A stretch of 64,000 bases of DNA from Vairimorpha necatrix (taxonomy: Eukaryota). Location: assembly GCA_036630325.1 (NCBI GenBank), contig CP142727.1, positions 1,364,001 through 1,428,000 of the forward strand, given 5' to 3'. The notes beneath the pieces are model-generated. The model was not told where the DNA came from. It saw only the letters and a list, made by a program, of their open reading frames with translations, and searched no databases. Position 1 is the stretch's first letter. Each line of letters begins with the position of its first letter. Position numbers and translations under genes: made by a program. Shown here one piece after another: positions 1 through 14,318 of this stretch.

Positions 1-710
1 AATGGAAATAATTGTATTGTTTCTTATGATTATATTTTACTTTTGATTGATTTCATGATTGTAATTGTACACTTATTCAATATTGTATAATATTACAAAA
101 AAAGCATTCTAATACTCTCAAAGAAGATAAACAAGCAAAAATTTTTTTTATTTAAGCACGAATTTGTTTTTAAGGCTTATTTTTTTCAATTAAATATCTT
201 AAAACCCATTTTTAAGATTCATTTAGTAAAAGTCAAATATAAACGATAATTTTACATAGTCTTATTTTAAAGATTACTGCGATAGAAAAGAAAGAAAATG
301 TTTCTTTTTGTACTATGCATTCTCGTTTTTTTTGTGCTTATAGGTGTTTATAAAAAATTTAAATTATGAATATCATTTTTTCTAAAATATTCAAAGTTAA
401 ATAAGTGTTTGTGGCCATATACTGGTTTTGAATTTAGTTCTATAAATAGTCTTTACATACTCTTTTATGATCATCATTTATTTATCTTTCTATAAAATAA
501 AACAATAACTATTTTTTTATTTGTGGTCGATTAAACTATTATAAAAACTGTAAATCATGTATTTAAATTTATGAGGGAAATTGCAAATATCAAGACATTT
601 TGTTTTTTTTTCATGTTCTTGTTTGAAATTAAGTTTCTTCATTTAATAACAACGTGTCAATCATACAATTTACAAGACGGTACATCCAAGGTATGCGGAA
701 ACGCGAATTT

Positions 711-713
<3 letters not shown>

Positions 714-747
<34 letters not shown>
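714..747. repeat. (AT)17 microsatellite
   Basis: Uninterrupted AT dinucleotide run read directly. Confidence 0.95.
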
Positions 748-751
<4 letters not shown>

Positions 752-1396
752 CACAACAAAAAAAAAGGATCTAAAAAATTAGTACAGATATCACAAAACA
801 AATACATTGAAAATCCCCGTATTTATCTTAGATATAAGGATTTTCAACATGAAAATGCAAATTAGCATAAAAGACTTTAACGCTGTTTTGACCCAGATAC
901 GACATAGATGTAAAATAATATTCACAAAATAAATCCAAATAAACAAGTCAAAAAATAATAAGTAGAATCAAGTAATAATAATAATAATTTAAAATCTAAA
1001 TGCTTTTTATAGACTATAGCACATTAGCTTGTTCCTGATATACTTTGAGTAGTTCATTTATAATTTAAAGCAAGAAAATCTTCACATGGTACCATAAATT
1101 AAAAATAATTAGTTAACAAATCTAAAATATTCTCTTAAAATTCAAATTTGATATGAAGTTGGATATAATTTCTAAGATTAAATTTGTGATCTCGAACTGT
1201 AAAATATAAACGGTGAAAAACAATTGCAAATCTGTGCGATGTTTATTATATTAGACTTTATTATATTTTAAAGCTTTTAAATTTGGTTTTTTATATTTTT
1301 ATTTGCTAATAAATAGGTACAATTTTGATAAATAAAAATTTTAAAATAATCAATTAATTGAGTGTATAAAAAATTCTAGAAAGATAAAAATTAAAA

Positions 1397-2085
1397 TCAT
1401 TTATATGTTTTTTTACGAAACTCCCCTACTTTATATTCTCTTGATGAATCTGAATCATTGTATTTAGCGATTTCGCATAATCTTATTAAAAGTTCATCCA
1501 TGTCATTTTTAAATATTTGCAGTATTTGCCATTGACAATTCCATTTCGTTATAAATCTCATTGACTTTTTAATTATAATAGAAAGTTGTCTACACGTCTT
1601 GTCATTTAATTCTATAAACGAAAGTGTATAAATAAGCTTGTAATTCATAAAAGCTAATGATTTTAAGAATAAATATGAATGTTCTTCGTCATTACTAATT
1701 TAATATTTCTGATAAAACATAAGACGTATTTATGAAAATTTTCAAAATTGTCAACTTTCTGTATCAAATTATCAATTACAAGCATCTTTTTTAATGTTTT
1801 TTTGTAATTTTTATCTTCTCTAAGTAGCAAATAAATCAATTTAGACGCGGCCTTTAGATCATCATAATTAATTTGAGCTAAGTCAAGTGACTCGACATTA
1901 GAAAAGTATTCAGTGGAATTACAAGATGAATAATTTAAGGGATCTTTGTAAATAACACCGCTTGGAACTATTTTTAACGACTCGGTATTTATTGTTTCTT
2001 TTGTTTGCAACGTCGAGTTTATCCATTTATGAAATAATTCTCTGCCCGATGTACAAAAAATCTTTGAAACGAGTAGAAATAACAT
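1397..2085 (-). pseudogene. Secreted-protein family copy 1, frameshifted
   Basis: ORFs 1663..2085 and 1397..1648 together align end-to-end with 9973..10656 (GRELF..W, DPLNYSSCN..EYFSNV, NDEEH.YLFLKSLAFMNYKLIY, CQWQILQI). One base is missing near 1693-1697. CCCTT precedes the ATG. Confidence 0.85.
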
Positions 2086-4374
2086 AAGGGAGAAATAATT
2101 TTTATTAGAATAACAAAATTTATGAATGCCTTTATATGTATCTTATATTACAATTTGACAGATAAAAATTACCATTTTAAACAATGTATTCGACATAATT
2201 TATGTAAGGCAATGATTGATACTTTATTTTTAGTAAATAAATAGCTAAACCTGTTTAATAATCCTTTTATACATAGGTCATAATAAATTAAACACACTAT
2301 ACCGTTTTAGTCTCATCGGAAAAAAATGATATTCATAATTTATTTTGCTTTTGTTTTTCTATTTTAGCAAATAAATTTCATAATACTTTTGTCCAAGATT
2401 TTAAGGCGAGTATAAAGTCCGAAACGTATAAAAAAAATAAAAAAAAACTTTTTAACTAAAATCAAATGTTGAAACTAAAATTACGTCTTATTTATAGTAG
2501 TATTAACGAAAAGTTTTTTATATAAATACTAATAACATACTTTTTATCTAAATTTTATTTTCTTGGTAATGATGCAGATTTATCGTTTTTTTTTGTATAT
2601 TTTTTATGTTATAAAACATCTAATTGTTTATAAACACGATTTTAAAAATAAATAATACTAGTTTAATTATAAATGGGACTTTAAAACTTTTTTTTAAGAA
2701 AACCAATAATCCTCAGTTAAAGGTATATTAAAATGTATCAAGTTTCCTTATATCAACATTTTAAACACAAGATGCTTTTATATTTTTCATTTGTAAATTT
2801 TGCATTATTATGAAAATAATTTAAATGTTTTAACATTTATTTTGCTTTCATTTAGTTTTTCATTAAAATAAGCAGAGGGAATAAATGGAATATTGTCTAA
2901 TTATCTCATATATTAGACATAGAACCGAATAAAAAGTAAAATAACACACATATCTATCAAAAATTATAAATCAATATTTACATTTTTATTAGACCCGCAC
3001 ACTTTTATTCTATATTTATTGCTAAAGGAATTGTCATAGGATCTGAATTGGGTAACAAATTTTGCTATCAATAACTTTTGACAACAGTATAATTATCAAG
3101 GGTTTTGGTCATAAATCCTTAAATATCTATTTTTTTCCTATATACTTATGTAATTCAGACATTGACTTTTTAAATCATATAGATTGAGTTGACACTAAGC
3201 ATGATCCCATTTAGTTTCCGTGCGTATACAATCTATTTTATATCTTCTATGTAAAAACTATTAATTTTTGAATAATAAATCTAAACGACAAGATCCTGTG
3301 TATATACATAATTAATCAATGTTAAATAAATACTTTTACCGTTCTCGCAAGTATTTAAATAACAATAATAGTTTAAAGATAAATTGACGGTATAATTTTT
3401 TTTATTTTAACGCTTATACTGCTTCATAGGTTTATTTTGGATTTCGATAGCACTTTTTTTTAGATGTCTTGATTTTCCCCTTTTAATAAATTGTTTTTTA
3501 CCGTTAACTAAGTTGTAATTATTTTAAGACTAAAACATTCGCTTCATAATATAAAAAAGCTATACATGTGTTTTAAAATATTAAAAAACTTTTTTTGCTA
3601 TAATCTTATTGTAAATTTATGTTTTTATGTTAATTATGCTCTTTACATATCGTTTAATCCTTAAATTTTTAACAAAGTGTTATATAAATTAATTTTTGAA
3701 AAGCTAGCGATTTTTCTTCACCAACTGTATCAACGAATTACAGATGATAAAGCTTGTACTATTCTGATAGATTATTTGTATATTCAGAATCTACTTGACA
3801 TAAAACATAATTTTATCTGTGTTTTTCGTTTTGTATGTGGGATAACAAAAAATAATATTGGAGTTAAAATAATTATACTATCCGCTTTATTATTTAAGTT
3901 ATGTTACGTGGATTTAAGTATAACAAACACTAATATTGGTAAAACGATCACTATCTTTTGCTTCTATTATATAAGCAGGAAAAATGACATGCTTTACAAT
4001 GATCGACATTATACAATATATTAGAGAAATTTGTTTTTGACATTTAAAACTTCAGATTATTACCAAAACCTTTTTTTTATAAAAATACTTGACGTTAAAC
4101 ATTTCTGGTTATAGTTGGAAAAAATTAAATAAATAACCTAGCTTGATGACAATATATGTTAAATGAAAAAAAAATGTAAATTGTAATTAAATGTGTCAAA
4201 ATAAATTTTTTTACGTTTATTAATTAAAATTACACACTTTAGCCTAAGATATTGTACACAACATGCAAAAAGAGAAGACTGTAATGGTTGTATTTTTAAG
4301 ATTTTAATTAAGAATACTTTAATAGAGTCTCTTATAAATTTTTTTTATTTAAAAATTTTGAAAAAAAAACCCCA

Positions 4375-5013
4375 ATGATGTTTATATTGTTTTATAGTTT
4401 TTGTAAAACAGGTAGAGAAGCCCTCGACTTAGCAATGAAAGAAACGATAAGAACCAATGAAACAATCAACAATCACATTGTCAAAAATTTTACTAATAGT
4501 TTTAATCAGAAACTAACACTGAATCGTTCTATTTGTAACACTTCTGACTACTTTTCTAATGTAGATGTACTGGATTTGAGGCAACTTGATTTTACGCAAT
4601 TAAGAATCGTGTCTTGGATTCTCTATACTTTATTAGTAAAATCAAAAGCATTTAAATCAAAGATTCGAAGAATTGTTAAGTCAAGGGAAATGAGAAGAGA
4701 AATTTATTCTTTGAATAATTTTTATATGTATGTAAATAGTTTTATTAAAAACCTTGAACAAGACGACGATGAAGAATATCCGTACTTACTCTTGAAATCA
4801 CTAGCATTTAAGTGTTATAAACTAATTTATTTGCTTTCGTATATTGAGTTAGATACTACATTTAGTAAGGAATTGATTGAAATAATGAAAACGAAAGTTA
4901 ATATTAGAACTAAAAATCATTGTCCATGGAAAATAACAAAAATTTATAACAAAAAAACTTATGATTATTTAATCGGTAAATTGGAATCCGTTGTATATAA
5001 AGATTTAAAATGA
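4375..5013 (+). CDS. Secreted-protein family copy 2 (212 aa, unknown function)
   Basis: Hydrophobic N-terminus; family motifs GRE, TNETI, YFSNV, LKSLAFKCYKLIYLLS, CPW; CCCCA before ATG. Confidence 0.9.
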   Translation: MMFILFYSFCKTGREALDLAMKETIRTNETINNHIVKNFTNSFNQKLTLNRSICNTSDYFSNVDVLDLRQLDFTQLRIVSWILYTLLVKSKAFKSKIRRIVKSREMRREIYSLNNFYMYVNSFIKNLEQDDDEEYPYLLLKSLAFKCYKLIYLLSYIELDTTFSKELIEIMKTKVNIRTKNHCPWKITKIYNKKTYDYLIGKLESVVYKDLK

Positions 5014-8000
5014 AAAAAAAACCTTACTTGATTTAACTCTTAAATATAATCAGAATAAAGAGTTTATGTTATTATACATTATATTATGTATAATTTTTTT
5101 GTAAATAAAATGTACAATATGTCTGAGTTTACTTATTACATAAAAAATGTACATTAAATTTCTCTTTTATCATATCTAAAACAAAGGCTACCGCATAGAA
5201 TAGCTTAGTTATTTAAAAAAAAATTTATCGTATACACTTTCATGGGATTATTAACATGCCTATTTGAGTATAAAGATGTTGTCTTTTTCGCTAAAAATTT
5301 GCAGAAACGTTCTTATAATTCTTTCTAAATATCTATGTAATGTTTTATTATCCTCTATGATCTAAATTATGCCTCATGAAAATAATATTTTGTTGAGTTA
5401 TACGGTATAATTATTATTAGCGTACGTATTTAAGCAGGTATATTACAGAACTATATCTTCCTTCTATGGTCTTTATGGTTTGTTAGTATAAGTTTATAAT
5501 TCCATGGAATTTTGGCTTTTTATTTGGGTACTATTATTTTTTTTTGACTTTATATAACTTACAAAATTTCAATAATTAGATATATCAATAACATTATAAG
5601 CTTTATCGTGTTTTCATATTTAATTTCGTCCAATTAATTCGAAAAAATTTCAATTATATTTTATTTTTCAACTATTGCTTGAATAATCTAGTTTTGCAAT
5701 AATATTAATATATATTCTTGGTTTTTTTGCACTCTACTATTAAAGGTTAAGTTAAAAATGTATGCGTATGACAAATAGATAAATGTTGGTATTTTAAGTC
5801 TTGATATGAGGACAACAATTTTAAATGAACTTGGATTTACATCCAAAATGTAAATGATAACCTAATTATTCTAAAACAGTATAATTTGAAGAATTTATAA
5901 TTTTTTTTAGATTGATGGTTAATTATATGATTAATATTTACTACTTTTTTTTATTCAATAACAACAAATAAAAAAAAAAAGATTTTTTTCATACACCAAA
6001 TTAATTTTATTACTTATAATAATACGTAATGAGAGCCTTTCCAGTTTAATATAAATATATATGACTGAATATAAGAGGTAGAATCTTTTACAAGTCAGCT
6101 TATAGGACCTGTATACAATATTACAAAACGAGCTCTATTAATAATGGTTATAACAAAAATTTATTTGTACATTAAAGAGAGAGCATATAGTAGCAAAATA
6201 AACCTTCAATATGTTTATTTTCTGATACATCTAATATTTACAAAAAAATGTTAACATATATTTCATATACCAAATGAATTTATTTAGTATTTTCTTAAAA
6301 ATTTTTAAGAAATTGATATTAATTCTTCTTACATCGAATTGGTCTTTATGATAGTTCAAAGTTTTTTTTAATTTTTTAATATGATAGCATAATACTCTTT
6401 TTTGTCTATTTTGAATATTGTATGTCTAGATACATAGAAATAACGAAATTGGTCTATAATAAAACAGCGGCTAAAAAATTATTAATAATTGTATCGACCA
6501 TAACACATTTTTTTATACAAACACATACCCTTTCTATTCATAAATAATATTTACGTACTAACTTGATTTATAAATTTTTTTTGTTTCAAATAAAATCGCA
6601 ACTAAAATTTTTTTTGTTTATTTTTTACTTCAAATTTTATCGCGTTCTCTTATATTTTTATTGGGACTATAGACCAACAAATATAAAGAATTTGATCAGT
6701 TAAACCACTTAGTTTAAATTGATCAAACAATATTCAAAATTGCTTTCGAACGCTAATTCTATTTATTTACAGTTCCTATTCGCTTTGATCGTCAGGCAAT
6801 CCCTAAAAAAATTACGTTATATGGATAAAAAATGTTTAGAAAAAAAGCGTATTACGAAGATATACATTCATTCAGCGGGGTTTTAAATAATATGCTTTTT
6901 TTTTGAAAAAAAATCGACACAATTGTTTTCGTTTATTTTGCCAGTTTTCTATGCTATTACAATTTTTACGCCACTTTTGATTATTCAATTAGTTATAGTA
7001 AATTTGTGCAGCCCCCCCCCAATGTATAAATACTTAAAGACTGAATGTCATTTTTGGGCATTGAATTTTCTTTACCAACAAGATCATTTGGTCTTTTATA
7101 AAAACTAAATGTATCGATTATAATGCTATATTCATAAAACCTGTTTAGAGTCAGAACAGAATGATGCTATAACAAAACACATAATAAAAACGATACAATA
7201 AGGTCCAAATTCACAATAAGATAAATCAAAAACTACATGTTACAAGAAACCTTGGATGAGCACCTAAAGAGTATATATCGCCAAATAAAGATCTAAAAAA
7301 AAAGTAAAGCACATGTTCCGCAGTCTAATGCCACAAAATTCTGTAGTGCTGCGGATAAGACCTTAAGGGCGTAAAAGCGTTTACGTAGTCTTTAAAATGC
7401 GAAAAAAATGAAGTGGTGTGTAAGAGAGCGCGTCAAAGACCAAGATTAAAGTATATCCCTGTCGTGTTAAAACAATTTTATTTTTACCTGACATGACACC
7501 GATGCCCGTTGATTATATCATCTGTGAATCATTTTAGATGCTTAAGAATAATTAGAATTCGAATACATGGTTAAGTTAAATAAAATGCGAGCTTGCTGCA
7601 TTAGAATTTAATGGAGGGGGTTTTAGTGGGTAAATACAGCCGTACATGCAACTTAATATCTCAACTTCAAGTGCTATATATTCATATTTGTGTTATAGCA
7701 TTTAAATATTAATAAACGAAAAAATAGAAAACAATATCTTAAATTTTCTATAATACTTAAGATTGCATTTTTTTATGTTAATTTTTATATTTTTCTAAAT
7801 AATACATGTTCTAAGCTCAAACGACCATGTAAACTGATCTCCTGATATTATGATGCTCATATGGAACTTTTTTAGTTCTTGTATCTCCTATATTGGTCAT
7901 TAAATCTTGTTTTGCCTTTTACGATTTTTCAATATCCAATGCTCCATAACAATGTTTAAATGTGCTAATGTCAACGATGGCGTTCTATTATTTAGTTTGA

Positions 8001-9972
8001 TATTATTTATTAAAAAGTCTCCCGTATATATAAAATCGAAAATATATTTCTTATTCACATGAAAACGTTAATTTTTAGTTCGCTGTACGTACTCATATTG
8101 TTCATTGTTTTAGTCATGTTGTTTACAAAAGATTTATTTATTTTGTTTTATCTTGAAGATCTTGTATACTTGATAGAAATAATTATATTTATAGTTATTA
8201 TGTTTATAGAAGTTCTTTTCAATGTGATATCTACTAGAATTACATTAGTTACATTTTTATTGAACTAAATATAGCTAAATCTTACATACGATTTCGAAGG
8301 ATTTAAAACTATGAAGGTTGTTTTTTGTGTTATGATGTTTTTTTTTCATTTGAACAGATTAAAATTTTTTCGAGTCCTTACTACAATCTTGATTAGATTT
8401 ACTATGGAATAAACGTGTTACCATCAACTTAATATCCTCTTAATGGACAAACGTATATTATTTTATAGCTAACAATCTAAAGAGCGCGTTGATACATTCA
8501 GTCGCAACGTAGAGAACTTCTGAAATCGTATGTAACACCAAAGCCGCCTTATATCGAACTCTATGGGCCTGTAATTTGTGACTCGTTAAATTTTTTCTTC
8601 TCCAGTTTTGACTAAAGTGTTACAAATTCCTCAATTAATAGACGTTTGAAGATTTTTTGAGTGTTTCGGCTGGTATTCAAAGTATTCTCAAGAGATCTTA
8701 CCCTAGTAAAATACCAGGGGTTACCTCCATGTAGTTACGCAATAAAATATTTTAGCATGAAAATAACATCATTTCTATCTTTAGTATATATCTTTTAAGA
8801 AAATTGTCTTTGTGCTGGACACGACACAAGTTGCATAATCATCTTTTTAATTAACGAGAACACATTTTATGATTTTAAAAATTTATTACATCCAAGTAAC
8901 TGCATATAGTAATTAGTTATTGTTTAAATTCTATTTTAACATGTAAACGCGGCTCGTTAACACAAAGTATGAAGCTTCGTTTAAATTCTCTTTTTCAAAT
9001 AAAAAATTATAATTTATTATGTTCATGTTTTAATATTATATTCTTGAATTGTATAATCGCAGCTTAGAGGACAAATATTATAATTTTTAGACATACTGAT
9101 ACTCATGAAAAATCTAATAACATTTTTGGCCTATTATGCTTAAGTACTAAATAAGTTGTAAAAGATACCTTTAATGAGGCATCCATAAGAAACATATTAT
9201 ACAAACGTAGTCAATATATATAATAACGTTGAACCATTGCTTTCCGAAGTAACCTACGTAAAATGTCATACGTAAGATGTAGATAAAGTGACAACTTATC
9301 CTATAATAAATGTCGAAATAATATTATCTGAAATAAGAAAACGCGAAGGCTTTAGAAGTATAGATTTTTTTGTATATTAACGAGTGATATACTTTTTTAT
9401 TAATAATGCTTGCATTAAATATGTTTAACACAAAAACAAATGGCACACCGTATTTAAAAAGTCTTATTTTATAATTACTATTTCTATAAGACAAATTTCT
9501 AATATGAATTTACATATAAAAGTTTAATACTAACAAACTAGAATACTATATTCGAATTCCTACGTAAAATTATAAAAAACTAGACATGATTTATTTATAA
9601 TGCTAAAAACATATAAAATATTAAAACAAAGCGTACAGACACTGAGGTCGCCTAGATAGAATCTATAAGTACAGTTTTAATTTTTCAAAAAATATACTTC
9701 CAATTATCTTTATAATTAATATATTTCATAATAAAAAACCGCGATAACGGCATAAAAATATTTTATATTTTGTAAGTACAATCCATTTTTGAATTTTATC
9801 TTATTTTTAATAAAATGACATGTGTCAAACCTTACTTTTCATAAAATAGCGAGAACACAGTGACTCAAATGGTAAATTTTTTTATAAAGATTTATTTCTA
9901 CTAATTTCACATGCTAATAAAGTAGTTTTACAAAAATACTTTATTTTAAAAATTGATTTTTTTCTCTCCCTT

Positions 9973-10656
9973 ATGTTACTTTTATTCCTCTTTCAAATTT
10001 TTAGTGCATCAGACAGAGAATTATTTAATCAGTGGGTAAACATGCCATTACAAACAAATGAAACAATAAATAATGAGTCGTTTGAAATTGTTCCAAATGG
10101 ATTTATTTACAAAGATCCACTAAATTATTCATCCTGTAATGCCACCGAATATTTTTCTAATGTTGAAATGCTTGACTTAACAACTATAGATTATAACAAT
10201 CTAAAAGCTGCGTCTAGATTTATTTATTATCTTCTAAGAGCAGATAAAACCTATAAGAAAACATTTAAAAAGATGCTAGTGTTCAAACCTTTAATACGAA
10301 AAGTTGACAATTTTGAGAATTTCCATAAATACGTATTGGGTTATACTAAGAATACAGAGCAAATAAATGATGAAGAACATCCATATTTATTCTTAAAATC
10401 GTTGGCATTTATGAATTACAAGCTTATTTATTTACTTTCTTTTCTCGAATTAGACGTTAAGACGTATAGGGCAGTGTCTAATATAATGGACAAATCCAAA
10501 GATTTTATAACTAAATGGGATTGCCAGTGGCAAATACTGCAAATAATGGGAAATGATAACTTAGAAAGGTTAATGAGGGCGTGCGAAATAGCTATGGACG
10601 ATGATACCATTTCATCAAGAAAATATACAGTTGAAGAATTTCATAAAAAACATTAA
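9973..10656 (+). CDS. Secreted-protein family copy 3 (227 aa)
   Basis: Signal-peptide-like MLLLFLFQIFSA; family motifs; CCCTT before ATG; closest to copy 1. Confidence 0.92.
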   Translation: MLLLFLFQIFSASDRELFNQWVNMPLQTNETINNESFEIVPNGFIYKDPLNYSSCNATEYFSNVEMLDLTTIDYNNLKAASRFIYYLLRADKTYKKTFKKMLVFKPLIRKVDNFENFHKYVLGYTKNTEQINDEEHPYLFLKSLAFMNYKLIYLLSFLELDVKTYRAVSNIMDKSKDFITKWDCQWQILQIMGNDNLERLMRACEIAMDDDTISSRKYTVEEFHKKH

Positions 10657-13646
10657 TTTGACTTGTATTTTTTCTATAAATTTTTGTATTCATAAAAACC
10701 TAATTTTTCATGAGATTTTTATTAGTAGATTCTACTTATTTATTTTTCTATAGGCATGTATTACAACTGCCATCAAAATATATCAAATGAATTTTAATCT
10801 GATATAAAAATTCTTTAAGTTTACTTTTGTTTTTTATAGTAAACATTTTTATGGTATCGAAGTTACTTCTAACGAGGAATTTGAATGTCGCCATAGGCGC
10901 CTTGTATTCGATTATCGTTTTTATTGTCGCATAAGAATTACACTCATACTTATTTGTCATTAATCAGTAATATAATGCCTTAGGGAAATTATTGCTTTGT
11001 ATACAACTCAATAGACACCATTAGTGTCAATGGATATCTACACGTTATTGTATTTTATACCTTTGATATACTCTTTTATTATATTTTAAGTCCCTTCTGT
11101 TTGCAATTTAATTCATTTGAGAGTTTTTAATGTAATTGCCGTATTTGGTCAAAGTAATGTAAAGGAGCTTTTTGCACAATTTTTTTTCGCGTGGCAAATC
11201 AACATGGGAAAGCAAGACGTTTTTTAATTATTATTTTATTTCAGTAATTCAGTTGTGATGTTAAATAGTAAATTTTTGTGTCTCGATATTTTTTACTATT
11301 TGCAAGTATTTATATCCAAACAAAGAATTTATCTGCTTATGTCAGACATACTAATGTAATAATATTGTGTGTTTGATTAGTAAAGAAAAAGTCTAAGATC
11401 GTTAATATCCCTATCTTCGTAGATATAAATAGTAAATCATAGAGCAAGCTTAAATATATAATATTTTAATGCTTTATGTACAATTAAGTATGTAAAAAAT
11501 TTTTTTAATGCTACTATAACCGACAACAAAAAAATCAAAAGATGTTAATTTTTTTTTCTGATAATTTACTAAATCGATATAAATACTTGTACGGAAAGAT
11601 ACACCTAAAGATTATGTGAAAAGATACAATTTACGAGAATATTAAAATCCATTAGGACCTAGTTCTGCTAATTTGTCTTGGAAATAGCTAAACGTAGAAT
11701 GAGCTTTTAAATTTTTTTTGTAATCAATTATTTATTTTTTAGGTCAGTGGAAAACGCACAGGATAAACAAGAAATTCTTCTTTCAGTTAGTAATTACTTC
11801 CGTCTAATCTTAGTCTCGGGAATAAAATAATCTTTTTTTCAATCATCATTTTGTAAAAAAATTTATTGAAATGATTTATTTAGTTTTTTTAAAATTGTAA
11901 TAAATTTTAACTTGGCCTTTTAGATATTTGTATGATTTTAATTAGTCTTATATGTAGTCAATGTTTTCTATTATGATAACAACGCATCGTTTGGGTGCAG
12001 TATTATACCCTATTTAATTGCGATATTATTATAACAATAATGGGATCTAGTGATTTTACATAAAACAGTGGTCGAACAACAATTATTATTAAAAAACTAG
12101 TATTAATTTGGAACAAAGAGCGAATTTATTTAATTACCGCTCTAAAATATAATAATCTACATTTCTTTTGTAGATCATAAATATTACGCACCTTTATATA
12201 TGTGAATTAACTAACATCAAGAAAAAAGTTCAGAAATTATAAATATATCCCTTACTATACTTTTTAACACTTTCTAACACATATTATTGATTCTTTCAAC
12301 TGTCTGTGTTATGTAACTGAAAAAAATGAGTTTAGAAGTTTAACATAATTTTATATATAAAAAATCTTTAAACATTAATATTAAATTATTTTTTTATTCG
12401 TACACCAGATTTTACATAACTGTTAATGTGTAATGTAGCTAAGTAAAAATTCATTAAATAAATACAAATCATTAATACAAACATTTTTATTCTAGAATAA
12501 TCTAAAGTTACCTAAAATTTTTAAAATTAATAGGTAGTCTACTATGAATTAAATATATTTTGAAACAAAAGACAAAATATACAATTACATCAAATTTAGT
12601 ATATATTATAATTCACATTCATTGATATTTCGACTGTTTTTTACCTTAGATGCTGAAAGCATTGTGTTGATATAGGGAACATAGTTTTATTGCCAAAAAT
12701 TCATTTTTAAATATTAATATGTGTTGGCTCTTTCATATAACGAGCGTTTTTTTTGTGTTAAAATTGTTCAAGTATTTAGATTTTAATCACGGCAACTTAG
12801 ATTAAATAGGAATCCACATTAGGATCAAAAAATATATAATATAAGCTTCTCGATGTACTTATAGTATTTTAAATGTCATAGAAGTATCATTTTGCACTCT
12901 AAAGGCTTGAATGAAGATTGTGGTTGTGAGAATTGCAGATAAGAGTTAAGTAAATGAAAAAATAAAAATCTTGAATTTTTTATTGGTCAAATGTGTTTAG
13001 ATAATAGTTCAAATGCATTCATTAATGCACCACATGCTATATATGTATGATAAAGGCAAGTTTTTTATGAGTTTAAGAGCTAGTGAAATGGTGCATCTTA
13101 AGCCCATTTGCACTCTTTTGCTTCAATCGAAGTTAAATTCCTGCAAGTGATCTTTAAACGCCAAACTTTTACATGTTTAAGTATGAATAGCAAGTGTTAT
13201 GTAGAAAGTTAGATGCATTAGCCACATTAAAATCACAGCGCGAATCTTTGAAATTTATGTAAAAAAATATGAAATTTTTCAGTGTAAGACACGTCTATAA
13301 AACATTAAAAATAAATGTTTACCTTACTTTATTTTTTACTTAAGTGCTTGAACTTACACAATCAATTTTATTTAGAAAAATGTATCATGTCTATAAAAAA
13401 TAAATCTTAGTTTACAAGTAAAATACATATGTGTTTAAATATATTTACAATGATGAAATTCCCAATAAACCATCCCAAGTAAGATTAAGGTTTTTATAAA
13501 AATTTGACAGTCTTGATTAAATTTATATAGAAAACATGCGAATACAAAGACCGAAAAAGAAGAGGCTTTTACATATAGATTAATGATCTCAAAAATCTTT
13601 AATATCGTTTTTTAAAACTATAAAGTTCAAAATTTTATGACCCATA

Positions 13647-14318
13647 ATGCTATTTGTATTTCTTTTCGATACTTGTAAAGCAGGTAGAGAAATGTTCGAG
13701 CTTCTTGAAAAACAAATGATTAAAACTAATGAAACAATTTATACTAACTTTGTTGAATACGTCGATAGCACTAATGTATATATCGATCCTTTTAATTATA
13801 CAGCTTGCGATACATATGGCTACTTTTCACATATGGAAGTGCTCAACTCGAAGCAAATCGATGATAAAGATCTAAGATTTGTGTCTAGATATATTTATCG
13901 GATATTCAAAAGGTCTGAATCGTTTAAAGAAATAATTCGACTAATGGAAAATTCAAAAACATTGCGACGAGAAATTTTTAAATTTAAAAATTTTCATAAA
14001 TATGTAAGTAGTTATATTAATAATATAAGACAATCATATAATTATGAACATAAGTTTTTATTTTTGAAATCATTGGCATTTAAGTGTTATAAACTCATTT
14101 ATTTACTTTCATTCATTGATTTAGATGAACAAACGAGTGAAGAATTAACAAAAGTGATGGTAGAAAACATGCTATTAAAAACTAAAGATGATTGTCAATG
14201 GCAAATAACACAAATATTGAAAACTGAAGTTTTTGATGTTTTAATTGAGGCGCTGGAAACTGTTGTATATAAAGATGGAAATGAAAAAAAACACTTCGTG
14301 CTTCCTAAATTTAATTAA
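13647..14318 (+). CDS. Secreted-protein family copy 4 (223 aa)
   Basis: Signal-peptide-like start; family motifs; CCCATA before ATG. Confidence 0.92.
   Translation: MLFVFLFDTCKAGREMFELLEKQMIKTNETIYTNFVEYVDSTNVYIDPFNYTACDTYGYFSHMEVLNSKQIDDKDLRFVSRYIYRIFKRSESFKEIIRLMENSKTLRREIFKFKNFHKYVSSYINNIRQSYNYEHKFLFLKSLAFKCYKLIYLLSFIDLDEQTSEELTKVMVENMLLKTKDDCQWQITQILKTEVFDVLIEALETVVYKDGNEKKHFVLPKFN

Noticed and set aside
7190-7650. GC-richer patch with scattered Cys codons, considered as a piggyBac-like remnant
   Set aside because: Stops in every frame I examined, no terminal repeats or DDD motif; needs tBLASTx against a TE library.
3677-8268. ORFs 3677..4024, 6923..7108 and 8059..8268
   Set aside because: Non-ATG starts or no CCC motif, F/I/L/Y-biased composition typical of chance ORFs in AT-rich DNA, no motifs.
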